From: Gemmatimonadota bacterium
GTDB lineage: Bacteria > Gemmatimonadota > Gemmatimonadetes > Gemmatimonadales > GWC2-71-9
Assembly (NCBI GenBank): GCA_036679645.1
Contig: JAZDCY010000011.1
Coordinates: 85,152 to 149,151, forward strand
Length of the DNA: 64,000 bases
Direction of reading: 5' to 3'
The notes below the pieces were generated by a model. That model was not told the origin of the DNA, did no database searches, and was given only the letters and a program-made list of their open reading frames with translations. Position numbers and translations under genes: made by a program. Shown in pieces: positions 48,548 to 57,847 of the stretch; positions within the stretch are counted from its first letter, which is position 1, and each line of letters starts with the position of its first letter.

Positions 48548-48852
48548 AAGAGTCCACTCCGGGCCGCCTGCCACAGCCGTACCATGCGATCGAACCCCAC
48601 CTGGAGCATATCTGCGGCCTGCGGCGATGCGGGTTCGGCCAAAGTGGCCTGGAGCTCGCTGGCGATTCGCGGTAACTCGTTGTGACCACCAGTCTTAGCT
48701 GCCTCGATAGTCCTGTCGAGCAATCCTCGTAGTCGATCCCGCTCCGCCTCGTCATCCGGGACCTGGAAGAGGTAGCCAGCCACGTCTTTTCCCTCGAAGA
48801 GGAGCTTACCTACGTCGTCGAGTGGTGGTTGTGGACGGGGCTTGTCGTTCAT
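48544..48852 (-). CDS. Small helical hypothetical protein
   Basis: ATG after GAGGA; fits between convergent and divergent genes. Confidence 0.6.
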   Translation of the reverse strand: MNDKPRPQPPLDDVGKLLFEGKDVAGYLFQVPDDEAERDRLRGLLDRTIEAAKTGGHNELPRIASELQATLAEPASPQAADMLQVGFDRMVRLWQAARSGLF

Positions 48853-48931
48853 GCTGATTCCTCGCGCTGACACCGGAACCCTGCCGGGCTCCGGTCGGGT
48901 TTATTCTTGAGATGGCAGTTCGACCAAGATA

Positions 48932-50017
48932 GTGAATTCGCAGAATAGAGAGGCAAGGGTGTTTCACACATTTGGAATGATGGGGGCCGTTGTCGCGCTC
49001 GCGGCGTGTTCGAATGCTCCAGCTGTAGAGTGGGCTGCTGAGGCTGGCGAAGTGCATCTCACCAACCTCCAACAACTCACCTTTGGCGGGCAGAACGCCG
49101 AAGCGTATTTCTCACCCGACGGGGAGCAGTTGATCTTCCAGCGCACCGACGCCGACGGCGGGTGCGACCAGCAGTACGTGATGAACATCGACGGAAGCGG
49201 TAGGGAGTTGGTCTCGAACGGGCTGGGCCGGACGACGTGCGGATACTTCTACTTCGGCGGAGAGCGGATCTTGTATTCGAGCACTTTCCATCTGAGCGAC
49301 CAGTGCCCGCCGCCGCCCGACTACTCCCGCGGGTACGTGTGGCAGGTTCCCGATTTCGATATCTACACCGCGGCGCCGGATGGAAGCGACATCCAGCGAC
49401 TGACGGAGGTGCCGGGGTACGATGCCGAGGCCACGCTTAGCTTCGATGGACAGACGATCGTTTTCACGTCGACTCGTGACGGCGACCTCGACATCTACAC
49501 GATGGACGTCGACGGCTCCGATGTCCGCCGGCTCACCGATGCGGCGGGCTACGATGGGGGACCCTTCTTCTCACCCGACGGCAGCATGATCGTCTACCGG
49601 GCCTGGCACCCGACTGACGAAGATGAACTTGCCGACTACCGGTCGCTGCTTGCCGACGAGTTGATCCGACCGGTCCGGCTCGATATCTGGGTGATGAACG
49701 CGGACGGCTCGGAGCAGCGCAGGGTAACGGATCTCGGCGGTGCCAACTTCGCACCTTTCTTCCACCCCGATGGCCAGCGCATCATCTTCGCGTCGAATCA
49801 CCACAACGCCGATCCAGCGGACCGCAATTTCGATCTCTTCATGGTGAGCGTCGACGGTACGGGGCTAACGCAGATCACGACGGAAGGCACGTTCGATGGG
49901 TTCCCCATGTTCTCGCCCGATGGGTCGAAACTGGTGTTTGCGTCAAACCGCCATAATGCGGTGGACGGGGAAACGAACATCTTCATTGCTGATTGGGTAG
50001 AGCAACCTGGTGACTAA
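48932..50017 (+). CDS. TolB-like PD40 beta-propeller lipoprotein
   Basis: LAAC lipobox; NAEAYFSPDG, GRTTCGYF, YDGGPFFSPDG, FDGFPMFSPDG. Confidence 0.88.
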   Translation: MNSQNREARVFHTFGMMGAVVALAACSNAPAVEWAAEAGEVHLTNLQQLTFGGQNAEAYFSPDGEQLIFQRTDADGGCDQQYVMNIDGSGRELVSNGLGRTTCGYFYFGGERILYSSTFHLSDQCPPPPDYSRGYVWQVPDFDIYTAAPDGSDIQRLTEVPGYDAEATLSFDGQTIVFTSTRDGDLDIYTMDVDGSDVRRLTDAAGYDGGPFFSPDGSMIVYRAWHPTDEDELADYRSLLADELIRPVRLDIWVMNADGSEQRRVTDLGGANFAPFFHPDGQRIIFASNHHNADPADRNFDLFMVSVDGTGLTQITTEGTFDGFPMFSPDGSKLVFASNRHNAVDGETNIFIADWVEQPGD

Positions 50018-50790
50018 TGGCAAGAAGACCGACTGACCAGAACGTGAGCGAAAAGGCGCCCGCCACCGACGAAAGACGGGCACCCTCGGGGCAACCAGTG
50101 AGGCGGCCGGCCTCGCAGGTCAAAGACTGGATCAAATCGCTGGCGATCGCGCTCGCGATCTTCCTGTTGCTCCGCACGTTCCTTGTCGAGGCGTTTCGGA
50201 TTCCGTCGGGGAGTATGGAGAACACGCTCCTCATTGGCGATTTCCTGTTCGTGAACAAGGCACTCTATGGGGCCGAGATCCCCTTCACGGGCGTGCATCT
50301 CCCTGCCCTCCGGGACCCCCGGCGTGGTGACCTCGTCATCTTCAAGTCGGTTGAGGAAGAACATATGACGGTCGTGAAGCGCGTCATCGGCATGCCCGGC
50401 GATACGCTTTCGATGGAGAGCAACCAACTCTTCGTGAACGGGAACGCACGCCCGGAGCCGTATGCCGTGTTGCAAGATCCGCTCAACGATCCGGAAGACC
50501 CCAAGATGCGAGCCTGGCAGGTGCGATACTTGAGCGAGGACCGCGATCCGCAGGACTACCGACCGACCCTCAAGACCTGGGGGCCAATTGTCATCCCGGC
50601 CGACTCGTTCTTTGTGATGGGTGACAACCGGGATCGCTCCTACGACAGCCGATACTGGGGGCTCCTCGGGCGCGATAGAATCCGCGGCCATCCCATGCTG
50701 GTGTACTACAGCTTCGACAAGACGGGGCTGTTGCCGCTGCCCTTCATCACCGGGATTCGGTGGAAACGGATTCTCGCGATACCAGATTGA
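50017..50790 (+). CDS. lepB: Signal peptidase I
   Basis: IPSGSMENTLLIGD, VKRVIGMPGD, MGDNRDRSYDSRYWG. Confidence 0.96.
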   Translation: MARRPTDQNVSEKAPATDERRAPSGQPVRRPASQVKDWIKSLAIALAIFLLLRTFLVEAFRIPSGSMENTLLIGDFLFVNKALYGAEIPFTGVHLPALRDPRRGDLVIFKSVEEEHMTVVKRVIGMPGDTLSMESNQLFVNGNARPEPYAVLQDPLNDPEDPKMRAWQVRYLSEDRDPQDYRPTLKTWGPIVIPADSFFVMGDNRDRSYDSRYWGLLGRDRIRGHPMLVYYSFDKTGLLPLPFITGIRWKRILAIPD

Positions 50791-50829
50791 AGAAGCACCG
50801 CGCTGGCAATTCCCATCGCCAAGCAAAGA

Positions 50830-50856
50830 ACCCCGCCGGCGCCTGCCGGACGGGGT
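50830..50856. terminator. Hairpin between convergent genes
   Basis: ACCCCG-CCGGC...GCCGG-A-CGGGGT. Confidence 0.45.
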
Positions 50857-50888
50857 CCTGAGTATCTCGATCGTCCGCTGACGTACTG

Positions 50889-51146
50889 TTAGCCTGCCGT
50901 GAGCTGAGCCTCGGACGGCTGGGTCACGTTCTTAGGCACGTAAACTGCCTGGCGGCCACACTTCCGACACTTCAGCGTGACCATCCGGTCGGTCTGCCGC
51001 AGCGCGGCTCGCACACGTCGCTTCGGTGTGCGATCGATCGCACTAGATCCGCAAGACGGGCAAGCCAACGACTCGCGATCGCGATCTGCGAGAATTAGTT
51101 GAAGAGCCTCCGGCGCGCGGTACTCCTTGATTCCTCGACGTCCCAC
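50889..51146 (-). CDS. Small zinc-ribbon protein
   Basis: CPSCG...CRKCG; start uncertain. Confidence 0.6.
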   Translation of the reverse strand: MGRRGIKEYRAPEALQLILADRDRESLACPSCGSSAIDRTPKRRVRAALRQTDRMVTLKCRKCGRQAVYVPKNVTQPSEAQLTAG

Positions 51147-51479
51147 CCTGTACCCCCAGGTCAACGAAGCCTCGAAATGTATCCCGCCCACGGGCACCTG
51201 GCAAACGCGCGTAACCCATTGGCGTATATGCACTAATGAGATATCACCTGCGGAAGGACCGGTTTGAGCGGTGATGGAAGGCGGTTAGGATGACACGACG
51301 GCGCGTCCAGCCTGCCCCCCAGGCGCTGCTGCCCCGGCGGCATTCCGCGGGAGGCTCAAGAAGCTAAATCGCATAGTGACAACAGATTGACCGGTTTGGA
51401 GCCTTTCCGGACCCGCTTGACGGAAGGGCTCGGAGCCGCTAGGTTGCCGCCCGAAACATCGCCACATAAGGAGTTTTCC

Positions 51480-51947
51480 ATGGCTGCCGACTTGGGCGGC
51501 TCGCAAATCTCAGCACTGCTCGAAAGCGTTCCCGGGATCGTGAACGTTTTGCGGAGTCCCGTCGCGGACGCGATCGTGAACATGATCCGCGCGGGGGGAG
51601 GCGTGCGTCCGTTTTCTTACCAGTACGCCGAGGAGCTCGTGCAATTCGCGGTCCGGCGGGGCCTGATCGGCGCCGCGGAGGGTGACGAGGTACTCGAAGA
51701 TGTCAGAAGCGTCAAGCGCGGCGGCCGGTCGAGGAGTGTGAAGACCGCAAAGCGCCCGGCTGCCAAGAAGTCCACTGCGAAAAAGGCCGCCAAGCCCAAG
51801 AACACGGCGAAGAAGGCAACGGCCAAGGGGGCGAAACCTACGCGCAAGGTCGGCGCGTCCGCAAAGAAGAAGGCTGTCAAGAAGACGAAGAAAAAACCGG
51901 CCCAAAAAACGGCCAAGAAGCCGCAACGCGGCGGCAAGCGCCGCTAG
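51480..51947 (+). CDS. Protein with histone H1-like Lys/Ala tail
   Basis: AAKK/PAAKK repeats; AAGGAG RBS; TTGACG-17-TAGGTT promoter upstream. Confidence 0.75.
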   Translation: MAADLGGSQISALLESVPGIVNVLRSPVADAIVNMIRAGGGVRPFSYQYAEELVQFAVRRGLIGAAEGDEVLEDVRSVKRGGRSRSVKTAKRPAAKKSTAKKAAKPKNTAKKATAKGAKPTRKVGASAKKKAVKKTKKKPAQKTAKKPQRGGKRR

Positions 51948-53656
51948 ACGGTAAACCCCTCGACCAACTGCCGCAGTTTGTCGGCCGCCTCCGTAAGCGT
52001 GCCTGCTTGCGCGGCCATCTCTTCTGTCGATGCTCCCTGCTCCTCCGCGGCAGCGGTGACCTCCTGTGCGGATGAGGCGTGGGCGCCGGCGGCTTCCGCC
52101 ACGTCGCGCAGCACACCGGCGATCTCATCGGTGGCCCGGACGTTGGTGCCGGCTTCGTCGGTGACGCGTCGTGCCGCTGACTCCACTTCGGTCACCGCGG
52201 TGACGATTTCCTCCAAGGCGAGCGCGGCGCTCTCCGCGACGCCCCCTACGCGCCCGACCTGGGAGCGGGCCTCCGCGATGGTCGTGGCAACATCGGTAAC
52301 CTGTGCTCGAACCCGTTGGATCGTGTCGGTGACGTCCTCTGCGGCGCGGGCACTCGAATCGGCGAGCTGTCGCACCTCTTCCGCTACCACCGCGAAGCCC
52401 GAGCCCCGCTCGCCGGCGCGGGCGGCCTCTATAGCCGCGTTCAACGCAAGCAGGTTCGTCTGCGAAGAGATCCGCTTGATTAGATCCACGAAGTCGTTGA
52501 TGGCCAGCGAGAGTTCCTCGAGTTCGGCGACTTTTTCGGCGCTGAGCTCAACGACCGATTGCACACCGCGAAGTGACTTGCCGGCCGCCGCAACATTGGC
52601 CCTGTGTCGCTCGGCCAGGCGATGGATGTTGCTGCCGAGTTCGGATACTCGAGCCGCGACTTCGGCATTGGTGCGCGCGGCCTCCCCCAGCGAATCCATC
52701 GCCACCCGGCTGCGCCCGAGGCCTGTTGCCTGACCCTCCGCGCCGCTGGAAATATCGACCATGGCCGTAGTGATTTCGCCTGCGGTGGCAGCCAGTTGCT
52801 CGCTCACCGCCGAGAGATCCGTCGCCGTCTCGGTGACGCTTTCACTCTGGCCGCGTACCTCTATGATGATCGTGCGCAGCGTGGTCCCGACGCTGTTCAT
52901 CGCTACCGACAACTCGTGCAGCTCCCGCGGCATCCCTCGCTCGTCCATCGCACCGGCACGGAGGTCACCCTGGGCGAAGCGGCGTGCGGCCTCCAATAGC
53001 CGGGTGAGCGGCCGATCGATCGACCGGAGGAGTGCGACGCCGATGGCCGACCCAACGAGCACGGCCGCAAGGAGCACCGCCCACACGATCGACCGCTGGT
53101 GATGTGCCGACTGTACTAGACGCTGCGTGACGGCCGCGGAACGCACCGTCTGAGACGCGCTGATGGCCCTGACCGCGCTCACCAGCTCCTCGGCAGGCTC
53201 ACGTGCCGTTGCCGCCGCGGCGATTGCCTGGACCCTCCTACCGTTGTCTGTCAGTGCATGAGCGTAGTGGTATCCCACTTCGACCCGCGACTGCAGCGCG
53301 GCGACACGGGTGGCCGTGACCCGCTCCTCGTGGCCCAGGTCTTGGATCCTGATCAGGGCCAGTTGGTGCTGGAACACGGCGGCGGCCGACGCGCGGAACC
53401 GTTGCTGTGCCTCCGCCGAGGGTGCGGTGAGGTACTGTTCCGCCGCGCGAATTTCGTCCGACACCGCCGCGGTGATCCCGCTGCTCGTCAGCGACACGCG
53501 TTGCAGGAGATCCAGTTCGGTACCGACGGTCGATCCGATCGTGTCGAGCGCAGAGATGGCGATCAGGGCAATCGGGATGAGGCCCGCCAGCAACGCTGCG
53601 CCACCCAGCACAATGCGGGCGCGAAGCGTGTTGAGTCGGGTCAGGAAGTCATTCAT
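51944..53656 (-). CDS. Methyl-accepting chemotaxis protein
   Basis: 2 [40 protein letters not shown]. Confidence 0.95.
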   Translation of the reverse strand: MNDFLTRLNTLRARIVLGGAALLAGLIPIALIAISALDTIGSTVGTELDLLQRVSLTSSGITAAVSDEIRAAEQYLTAPSAEAQQRFRASAAAVFQHQLALIRIQDLGHEERVTATRVAALQSRVEVGYHYAHALTDNGRRVQAIAAAATAREPAEELVSAVRAISASQTVRSAAVTQRLVQSAHHQRSIVWAVLLAAVLVGSAIGVALLRSIDRPLTRLLEAARRFAQGDLRAGAMDERGMPRELHELSVAMNSVGTTLRTIIIEVRGQSESVTETATDLSAVSEQLAATAGEITTAMVDISSGAEGQATGLGRSRVAMDSLGEAARTNAEVAARVSELGSNIHRLAERHRANVAAAGKSLRGVQSVVELSAEKVAELEELSLAINDFVDLIKRISSQTNLLALNAAIEAARAGERGSGFAVVAEEVRQLADSSARAAEDVTDTIQRVRAQVTDVATTIAEARSQVGRVGGVAESAALALEEIVTAVTEVESAARRVTDEAGTNVRATDEIAGVLRDVAEAAGAHASSAQEVTAAAEEQGASTEEMAAQAGTLTEAADKLRQLVEGFTV

Positions 53657-54813
53657 CGGTCGGTAGCGGTGACCAGGCTGCCAGCGCGTATGACGCCGAT
53701 CACGACGTCTTTGCCCGAGACGTCACCGTTCTCGTCGAACGCGATCCGTCCAGTCACACCGGCAAACGCGTCCGTCTCGGACCCGACGCCCGCGACGTAG
53801 TTGCGCAACTCGGCGCGATTGGTTCCCGCCGCCTCGATGGCGTGTGCGAGCAGGTGGACAATGTCGTAGGCTCCGGCCCCACGGTGGTCCGGCAGCCGCC
53901 CGGCATTAGCAACACGGTAGACCTCGACGAAACGTGCGTTGTTAGGGCCCGGACGGTCGGGCAGGTACGCAGTCGAGATGAACAGGCCTTCGACGTCGAG
54001 CGTCCCTGTCTCAATGCCGGACAGGGCGTCCCCGCCCATCACCGCTGGTGACATCCCCACCGCGTCGAGCGCTGGGATAATCCGTTCGGCGCCTACCCTC
54101 GTCCCCGCAATCATCATGACCTGCACGCCACCCCGGCGTGCGATGCGCCGCAGGTACGGCTCAAAACTCGGCAGATCGTCGAGGTAGGGATCGTCCGCCA
54201 CCACCTGCCCGCCGTTCGCCTCAAACCGGTCACGGAACACTTGGCGCACTCCGCGGCCGTACGGGTCGTTGCTATACAGGATCGCGGCGCGCGTGGCGTT
54301 CAGTTGCTCGTGTGCCCATTTGGCCAACCGGGCACCGTGCGCCATGTCGGTGGGGCAGATCCGAAACGTATAGGGCCCCGCCTCGCTGACACGCGGGTTC
54401 GATGCCGAGGGTGAAATCTCGAGGAGCGGTCGTTCGCCACCATTGTAGACCGGTGCGGCGGCCAGGGTAGTGCCACTCGTCATGTGCCCAATGACCGCGA
54501 CGATACTCACGTCGTCGTAGAACTCGCGCGCCACGGCGACGGCACGCTCGGTATTTGCCCTGTCGTCGCGGAAGACGAGCTCAATATCTCGCCCCCGCAC
54601 GCCCCCCGCACGGTTGATCTCATCGGCCGCCAGTTGGGCCGCGAGTTGCATCGACTCGCCCCGCGCCTGCGTGAAGGGGCCGACCACGCCGATGCGGATA
54701 GCGGAGCCGTTGGAGTTACACGCGGTCGAGAGGAGCGCGGTGCACGCCACGGCAGCGAGCATTCGCGCTGAGACATGGTGCGGTGCCGGGAGGCCATTCC
54801 TGTGGAAACGCAC
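53653..54813 (-). CDS. LivJ/LivK-type substrate-binding lipoprotein
   Basis: [47 protein letters not shown]; start uncertain. Confidence 0.9.
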   Translation of the reverse strand: MRFHRNGLPAPHHVSARMLAAVACTALLSTACNSNGSAIRIGVVGPFTQARGESMQLAAQLAADEINRAGGVRGRDIELVFRDDRANTERAVAVAREFYDDVSIVAVIGHMTSGTTLAAAPVYNGGERPLLEISPSASNPRVSEAGPYTFRICPTDMAHGARLAKWAHEQLNATRAAILYSNDPYGRGVRQVFRDRFEANGGQVVADDPYLDDLPSFEPYLRRIARRGGVQVMMIAGTRVGAERIIPALDAVGMSPAVMGGDALSGIETGTLDVEGLFISTAYLPDRPGPNNARFVEVYRVANAGRLPDHRGAGAYDIVHLLAHAIEAAGTNRAELRNYVAGVGSETDAFAGVTGRIAFDENGDVSGKDVVIGVIRAGSLVTATDR

Positions 54814-54860
54814 GTGCGCGCAACATTAGCGACCGACCGTCACGAAGGCAATGTGGGGGG

Positions 54861-55508
54861 CTAGCGCAGCCAACGCCGCAGAATCGTCGTTTCCGCGTCG
54901 GGGACGGTTACCTCGAAGAGCAATGCGTTGGCGATGGGGTCATACAGCGCCCGCCACTCGTTCTCGGTATCGCCCTCCTCCTCCTCCTCCTCCGCGCGCT
55001 CCGCGGCATTGGTTTCCTCGGTCTCCCACGTGAACGTGATCACTCGGGACGTGCGGTCCCACTCGCCGACGGTCCATTTCCCCGAGGGGAGCGTTCGCCA
55101 CCGCGCGACTCCGTTCGAAAAGATGCGTAGGTCTACGAGCGTTCCATCTTCGGTACCCAGCGGGCCGATCCACCGACCACTGAGCGGGCGCGCAAGGAAC
55201 TTCTGCTTTGCCATTGTGACAACGCCGTCGGGCGTGGCAAGAAGTAGCCAGCCTCGTGCGAGGCGATACCGACCCACTACCGTCGTGTCACCGATCGCGA
55301 TGAGGGAATCGCGCGTGAGATGATAGTCTAGCAAGTGCCGGTCGTTCACGACCAGTATCGAGTCACCGTAGAACTCGAAGAACAGGGGGCGACCGAGGTG
55401 CCGGCCAACCCAACGGTGGGCAACGACCGTGTCCCGCTGGGCTGAAAGCGGCGCGGGCGTGGCTGCCAATGTTCCGGCAAGGACCGCGGCAATCACCAGG
55501 AAGCGCAT
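54861..55508 (-). CDS. Secreted hypothetical protein with acidic tract
   Basis: Signal peptide; two W-x-G beta modules; EEEEEE. Confidence 0.65.
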   Translation of the reverse strand: MRFLVIAAVLAGTLAATPAPLSAQRDTVVAHRWVGRHLGRPLFFEFYGDSILVVNDRHLLDYHLTRDSLIAIGDTTVVGRYRLARGWLLLATPDGVVTMAKQKFLARPLSGRWIGPLGTEDGTLVDLRIFSNGVARWRTLPSGKWTVGEWDRTSRVITFTWETEETNAAERAEEEEEEGDTENEWRALYDPIANALLFEVTVPDAETTILRRWLR

Positions 55509-55595
55509 CGTCTGAACGTAACCGCTGGACGTTCGCAGCGTCTACGCGTCAGTCGATCTACTCGCTGCCCAGCTCGATGGTTAAGTTCCGAGCCC

Positions 55596-56213
55596 ATGAC
55601 CAATCCTGCACCCGCTCCTACGGTGCGCACGTTCGCAGATCGCGCTGATGCGCTCAGCTTTTTCTTTCAGCAAGCCGGTGATGCGCCCCGCCTCGTCGCG
55701 TATGACGACGAACTCGGGTGCCCCCTGCACAATGCTCTGGCGGCGCTCGAGTGGACCGTTGCCGTGGGTATTCTCAATCCCGATGATCACGTCCACGCGG
55801 CTCGGCTGAGTGGCGAGACCGCCGCCGCAATGGTCGAACGGAAGCGGGACAGTGGGCGTATTTACGTATACCTCGGGCCGCGCATGGACGCTCCACCCGC
55901 CGATCCGTACGAAGGCACGCTGCTCTACGATGAGCCGGGTGTCCGGGCCTACGAGTTCGCTCAGCGTGTGCACGCCCTGGCACATTTTCTTCGGGCGACG
56001 CAAGGTGTCGGAGCCACGCTGTCCATGCTCTCGAAACGCGCCCCGGTGTTGCTGCATGTGAAGCGATGGTTGGTTGCCTTGCTGAGCCAACCCCATCCCC
56101 AGGTCTCGAATCAGATGCTTGCCGGCTGGTTTGCTGCCGGCGGCGGCGGTGTGCTGCACGTTCCCAACGCCGACGGTCCCTACGTGTATCAGGAAACGGG
56201 GCTCGAGGCGTAG
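55596..56213 (+). CDS. Hypothetical cytoplasmic protein with internal repeat
   Basis: FADRADALSFF vs FAQRVHALAHF. Confidence 0.7.
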   Translation: MTNPAPAPTVRTFADRADALSFFFQQAGDAPRLVAYDDELGCPLHNALAALEWTVAVGILNPDDHVHAARLSGETAAAMVERKRDSGRIYVYLGPRMDAPPADPYEGTLLYDEPGVRAYEFAQRVHALAHFLRATQGVGATLSMLSKRAPVLLHVKRWLVALLSQPHPQVSNQMLAGWFAAGGGGVLHVPNADGPYVYQETGLEA

Positions 56214-56365
56214 TTTTTTCCACGAGTTTCTTGCACGTCTCGACGTTGCGTCCAATTGACAAATCCACATGGCGTGGATAAGCGTGCGCAACCCGCTGTC
56301 GGTGGTGCGCTTAGTCATCCACACGGGGTGCACATTGGTGCCGTAAGCCGAAGAAAGATCGGCAC

Positions 56366-56393
56366 TTGCGGGGTTTTGTCAGTCCCCTATATT
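56366..56393 (+). promoter_or_regulatory. Sigma70-type promoter of candidate ncRNA
   Basis: TTGCGG-16bp-TATATT, +1 near 56400. Confidence 0.55.
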
Positions 56394-56399
56394 GACGCT

Positions 56400-56781
56400 G
56401 CGTCATGCCGGGGAAGGGTCGGGATTCGACATCTCGATTACGCCTTGTGTGACCAGCCCGAGCGGGAATTCCGGGGAGGCCGCCCACGCAACAAGGGCTC
56501 AGGCGTCCGACGATCCGGGTAGCTGCACCGACTCGAGCAGGCGAGGCCAGTCGCGTGCCTCGTCCGCGCCGATCTAGCGCCTCGGCGCGCAGTGCGAAGG
56601 GTCAGTCCGCGACCTGATCCGACTCGCAGCGCTCGCACCGGCGAACCTCGCGGCCCGGCCGGGTCGCTTGGGGATGGAAGCCGGAGCTCCCAACAGCCCT
56701 CCCGCGGGCGTATCAGCCCAGGCGGTGGCCACGGGAAGAAGAACAGAGGGAGTCAATCCCCTGGCTCCGGGTAACCGATGC
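56400..56781 (+). ncRNA. Candidate large structured ncRNA, family not recognised
   Basis: 5'/3' end pairing, at least 5 internal stems, promoter and terminator, no credible ORF. Confidence 0.6.
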
Positions 56782-56782
56782 G

Positions 56783-56830
56783 GAAACGGCCCGCAAACCC
56801 TTCACGGGGTTGGCGGGCCGTTTCGATTTT
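56783..56830 (+). terminator. Rho-independent terminator (may act bidirectionally)
   Basis: GAAACGGCCCGC-AAACCC...GGGTT-GGCGGGCCGTTTC then GATTTT. Confidence 0.8.
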
Positions 56831-56863
56831 CGGTGCCCCTACATCATGCACCGTCCTGTCCCG

Positions 56864-57847
56864 TCACTCCCCTTTTCCCCAATCGCTGACCCCCCGGTAC
56901 GCACGTCGTCGGTCGATGCTCCAATGCGGCTCGGCAAAATCGCTGTCGGGACGGAAGCGACCGGGATCGGCGAGGATCTCCGCCATGCTCGTGGTCTTTG
57001 CGCTTGCGTTGTCAGCCCAGTGCAGTACGTCAGCTTCCAAGGTGAGCGGAGGAACGGGACTCCCAAACTCGCGCCGACCGTGATGTGACAGAATGAGGTG
57101 AAGCAGAAGGTCCCGCTCGTGATCCGAACATGGTGGTGTGGGCTCGCTGGCGAGGCGACGATCGAACCGCATCGCACCAAGTACAACGTGACCCATAAGC
57201 CGGCCGGTACTTGTGTGGTCGAACGGGCCGTCCCACCGATAGGCATCCAGTTTTCCGATATCGTGCAGCAGCGCGCCGGCGAGTACGAGTTCACCGTCCG
57301 CACCCGATGTCCGCGCAATTGTCCGCGCGATGGCCGCTACCTCGGTCGTGTGCTGGAGTAGGCCGCCCAATGCCGCGTGGTGGCCACCGATGGAAGCAGG
57401 ACAGCGCTCGAAAGCCTCGCGGAACGCCGCGTCGTCAAAGAATAATGCCAGTACGCCGCACAGGTTCGGTTTTGCGATCTCTTGGCGCCACCCGTCGAGC
57501 GTGCCCCAATAGCGGTCGACGGCGCCGACAGACGGAAGCAGCTCAGCCATGTCCGCCGTTCCCGACGGGAGCACGCGTATGGAGCGGATCTTCACCTGAC
57601 GGCGATCGCGATACAACGCGATCTCGCCAATTGCCTGCACGACGTGTCCCTTGCGCACGCCCACAATTTCCTGTTGCCGCTCCAACCAGAACGGCTCGCT
57701 AGGCAGTTGCCCGCTCTGGTTGCCGAGAGTGAGAACCGTGAAGGGGTTTCCGGTCTCGGGCGTGCGCTCTGTGACGTCGCACACGAGGAACGTCCCCTCG
57801 AGGTGGTCGCCTACGGCGAGCGCAGTGAGGTCAACCGGTTTCTTCAT
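56864..57847 (-). CDS. OB-fold + HD domain 3'-5' exoribonuclease (YhaM family)
   Basis: PASIGGHHAALGGLLQHT, LLHDIGK, GHV, HLILSHHG, GSP, HWAD. Confidence 0.88.
   Translation of the reverse strand: MKKPVDLTALAVGDHLEGTFLVCDVTERTPETGNPFTVLTLGNQSGQLPSEPFWLERQQEIVGVRKGHVVQAIGEIALYRDRRQVKIRSIRVLPSGTADMAELLPSVGAVDRYWGTLDGWRQEIAKPNLCGVLALFFDDAAFREAFERCPASIGGHHAALGGLLQHTTEVAAIARTIARTSGADGELVLAGALLHDIGKLDAYRWDGPFDHTSTGRLMGHVVLGAMRFDRRLASEPTPPCSDHERDLLLHLILSHHGRREFGSPVPPLTLEADVLHWADNASAKTTSMAEILADPGRFRPDSDFAEPHWSIDRRRAYRGVSDWGKGE

Noticed and set aside
54974..54993. (CTC)n tract as a contingency locus
   Set aside because: In-frame poly-Glu linker; slippage would not switch expression
56410..56770. tmRNA call (GGGG...GGATTCGAC 5' end, ...GGCTCC 3' end, right size)
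   Set aside because: Acceptor stem mismatched, no TTCRA T-loop, no ACCA end, no tag ORF ending in LAA
56400..56781. RNase P, SRP, cobalamin riboswitch or raiA-motif call
   Set aside because: Only short look-alike words (GGAAGCCGGAGCTCC, GAACAGA, CCGGGTAGC...AGCAGGCGAG) in the wrong order; core consensus elements absent; no downstream gene for a riboswitch
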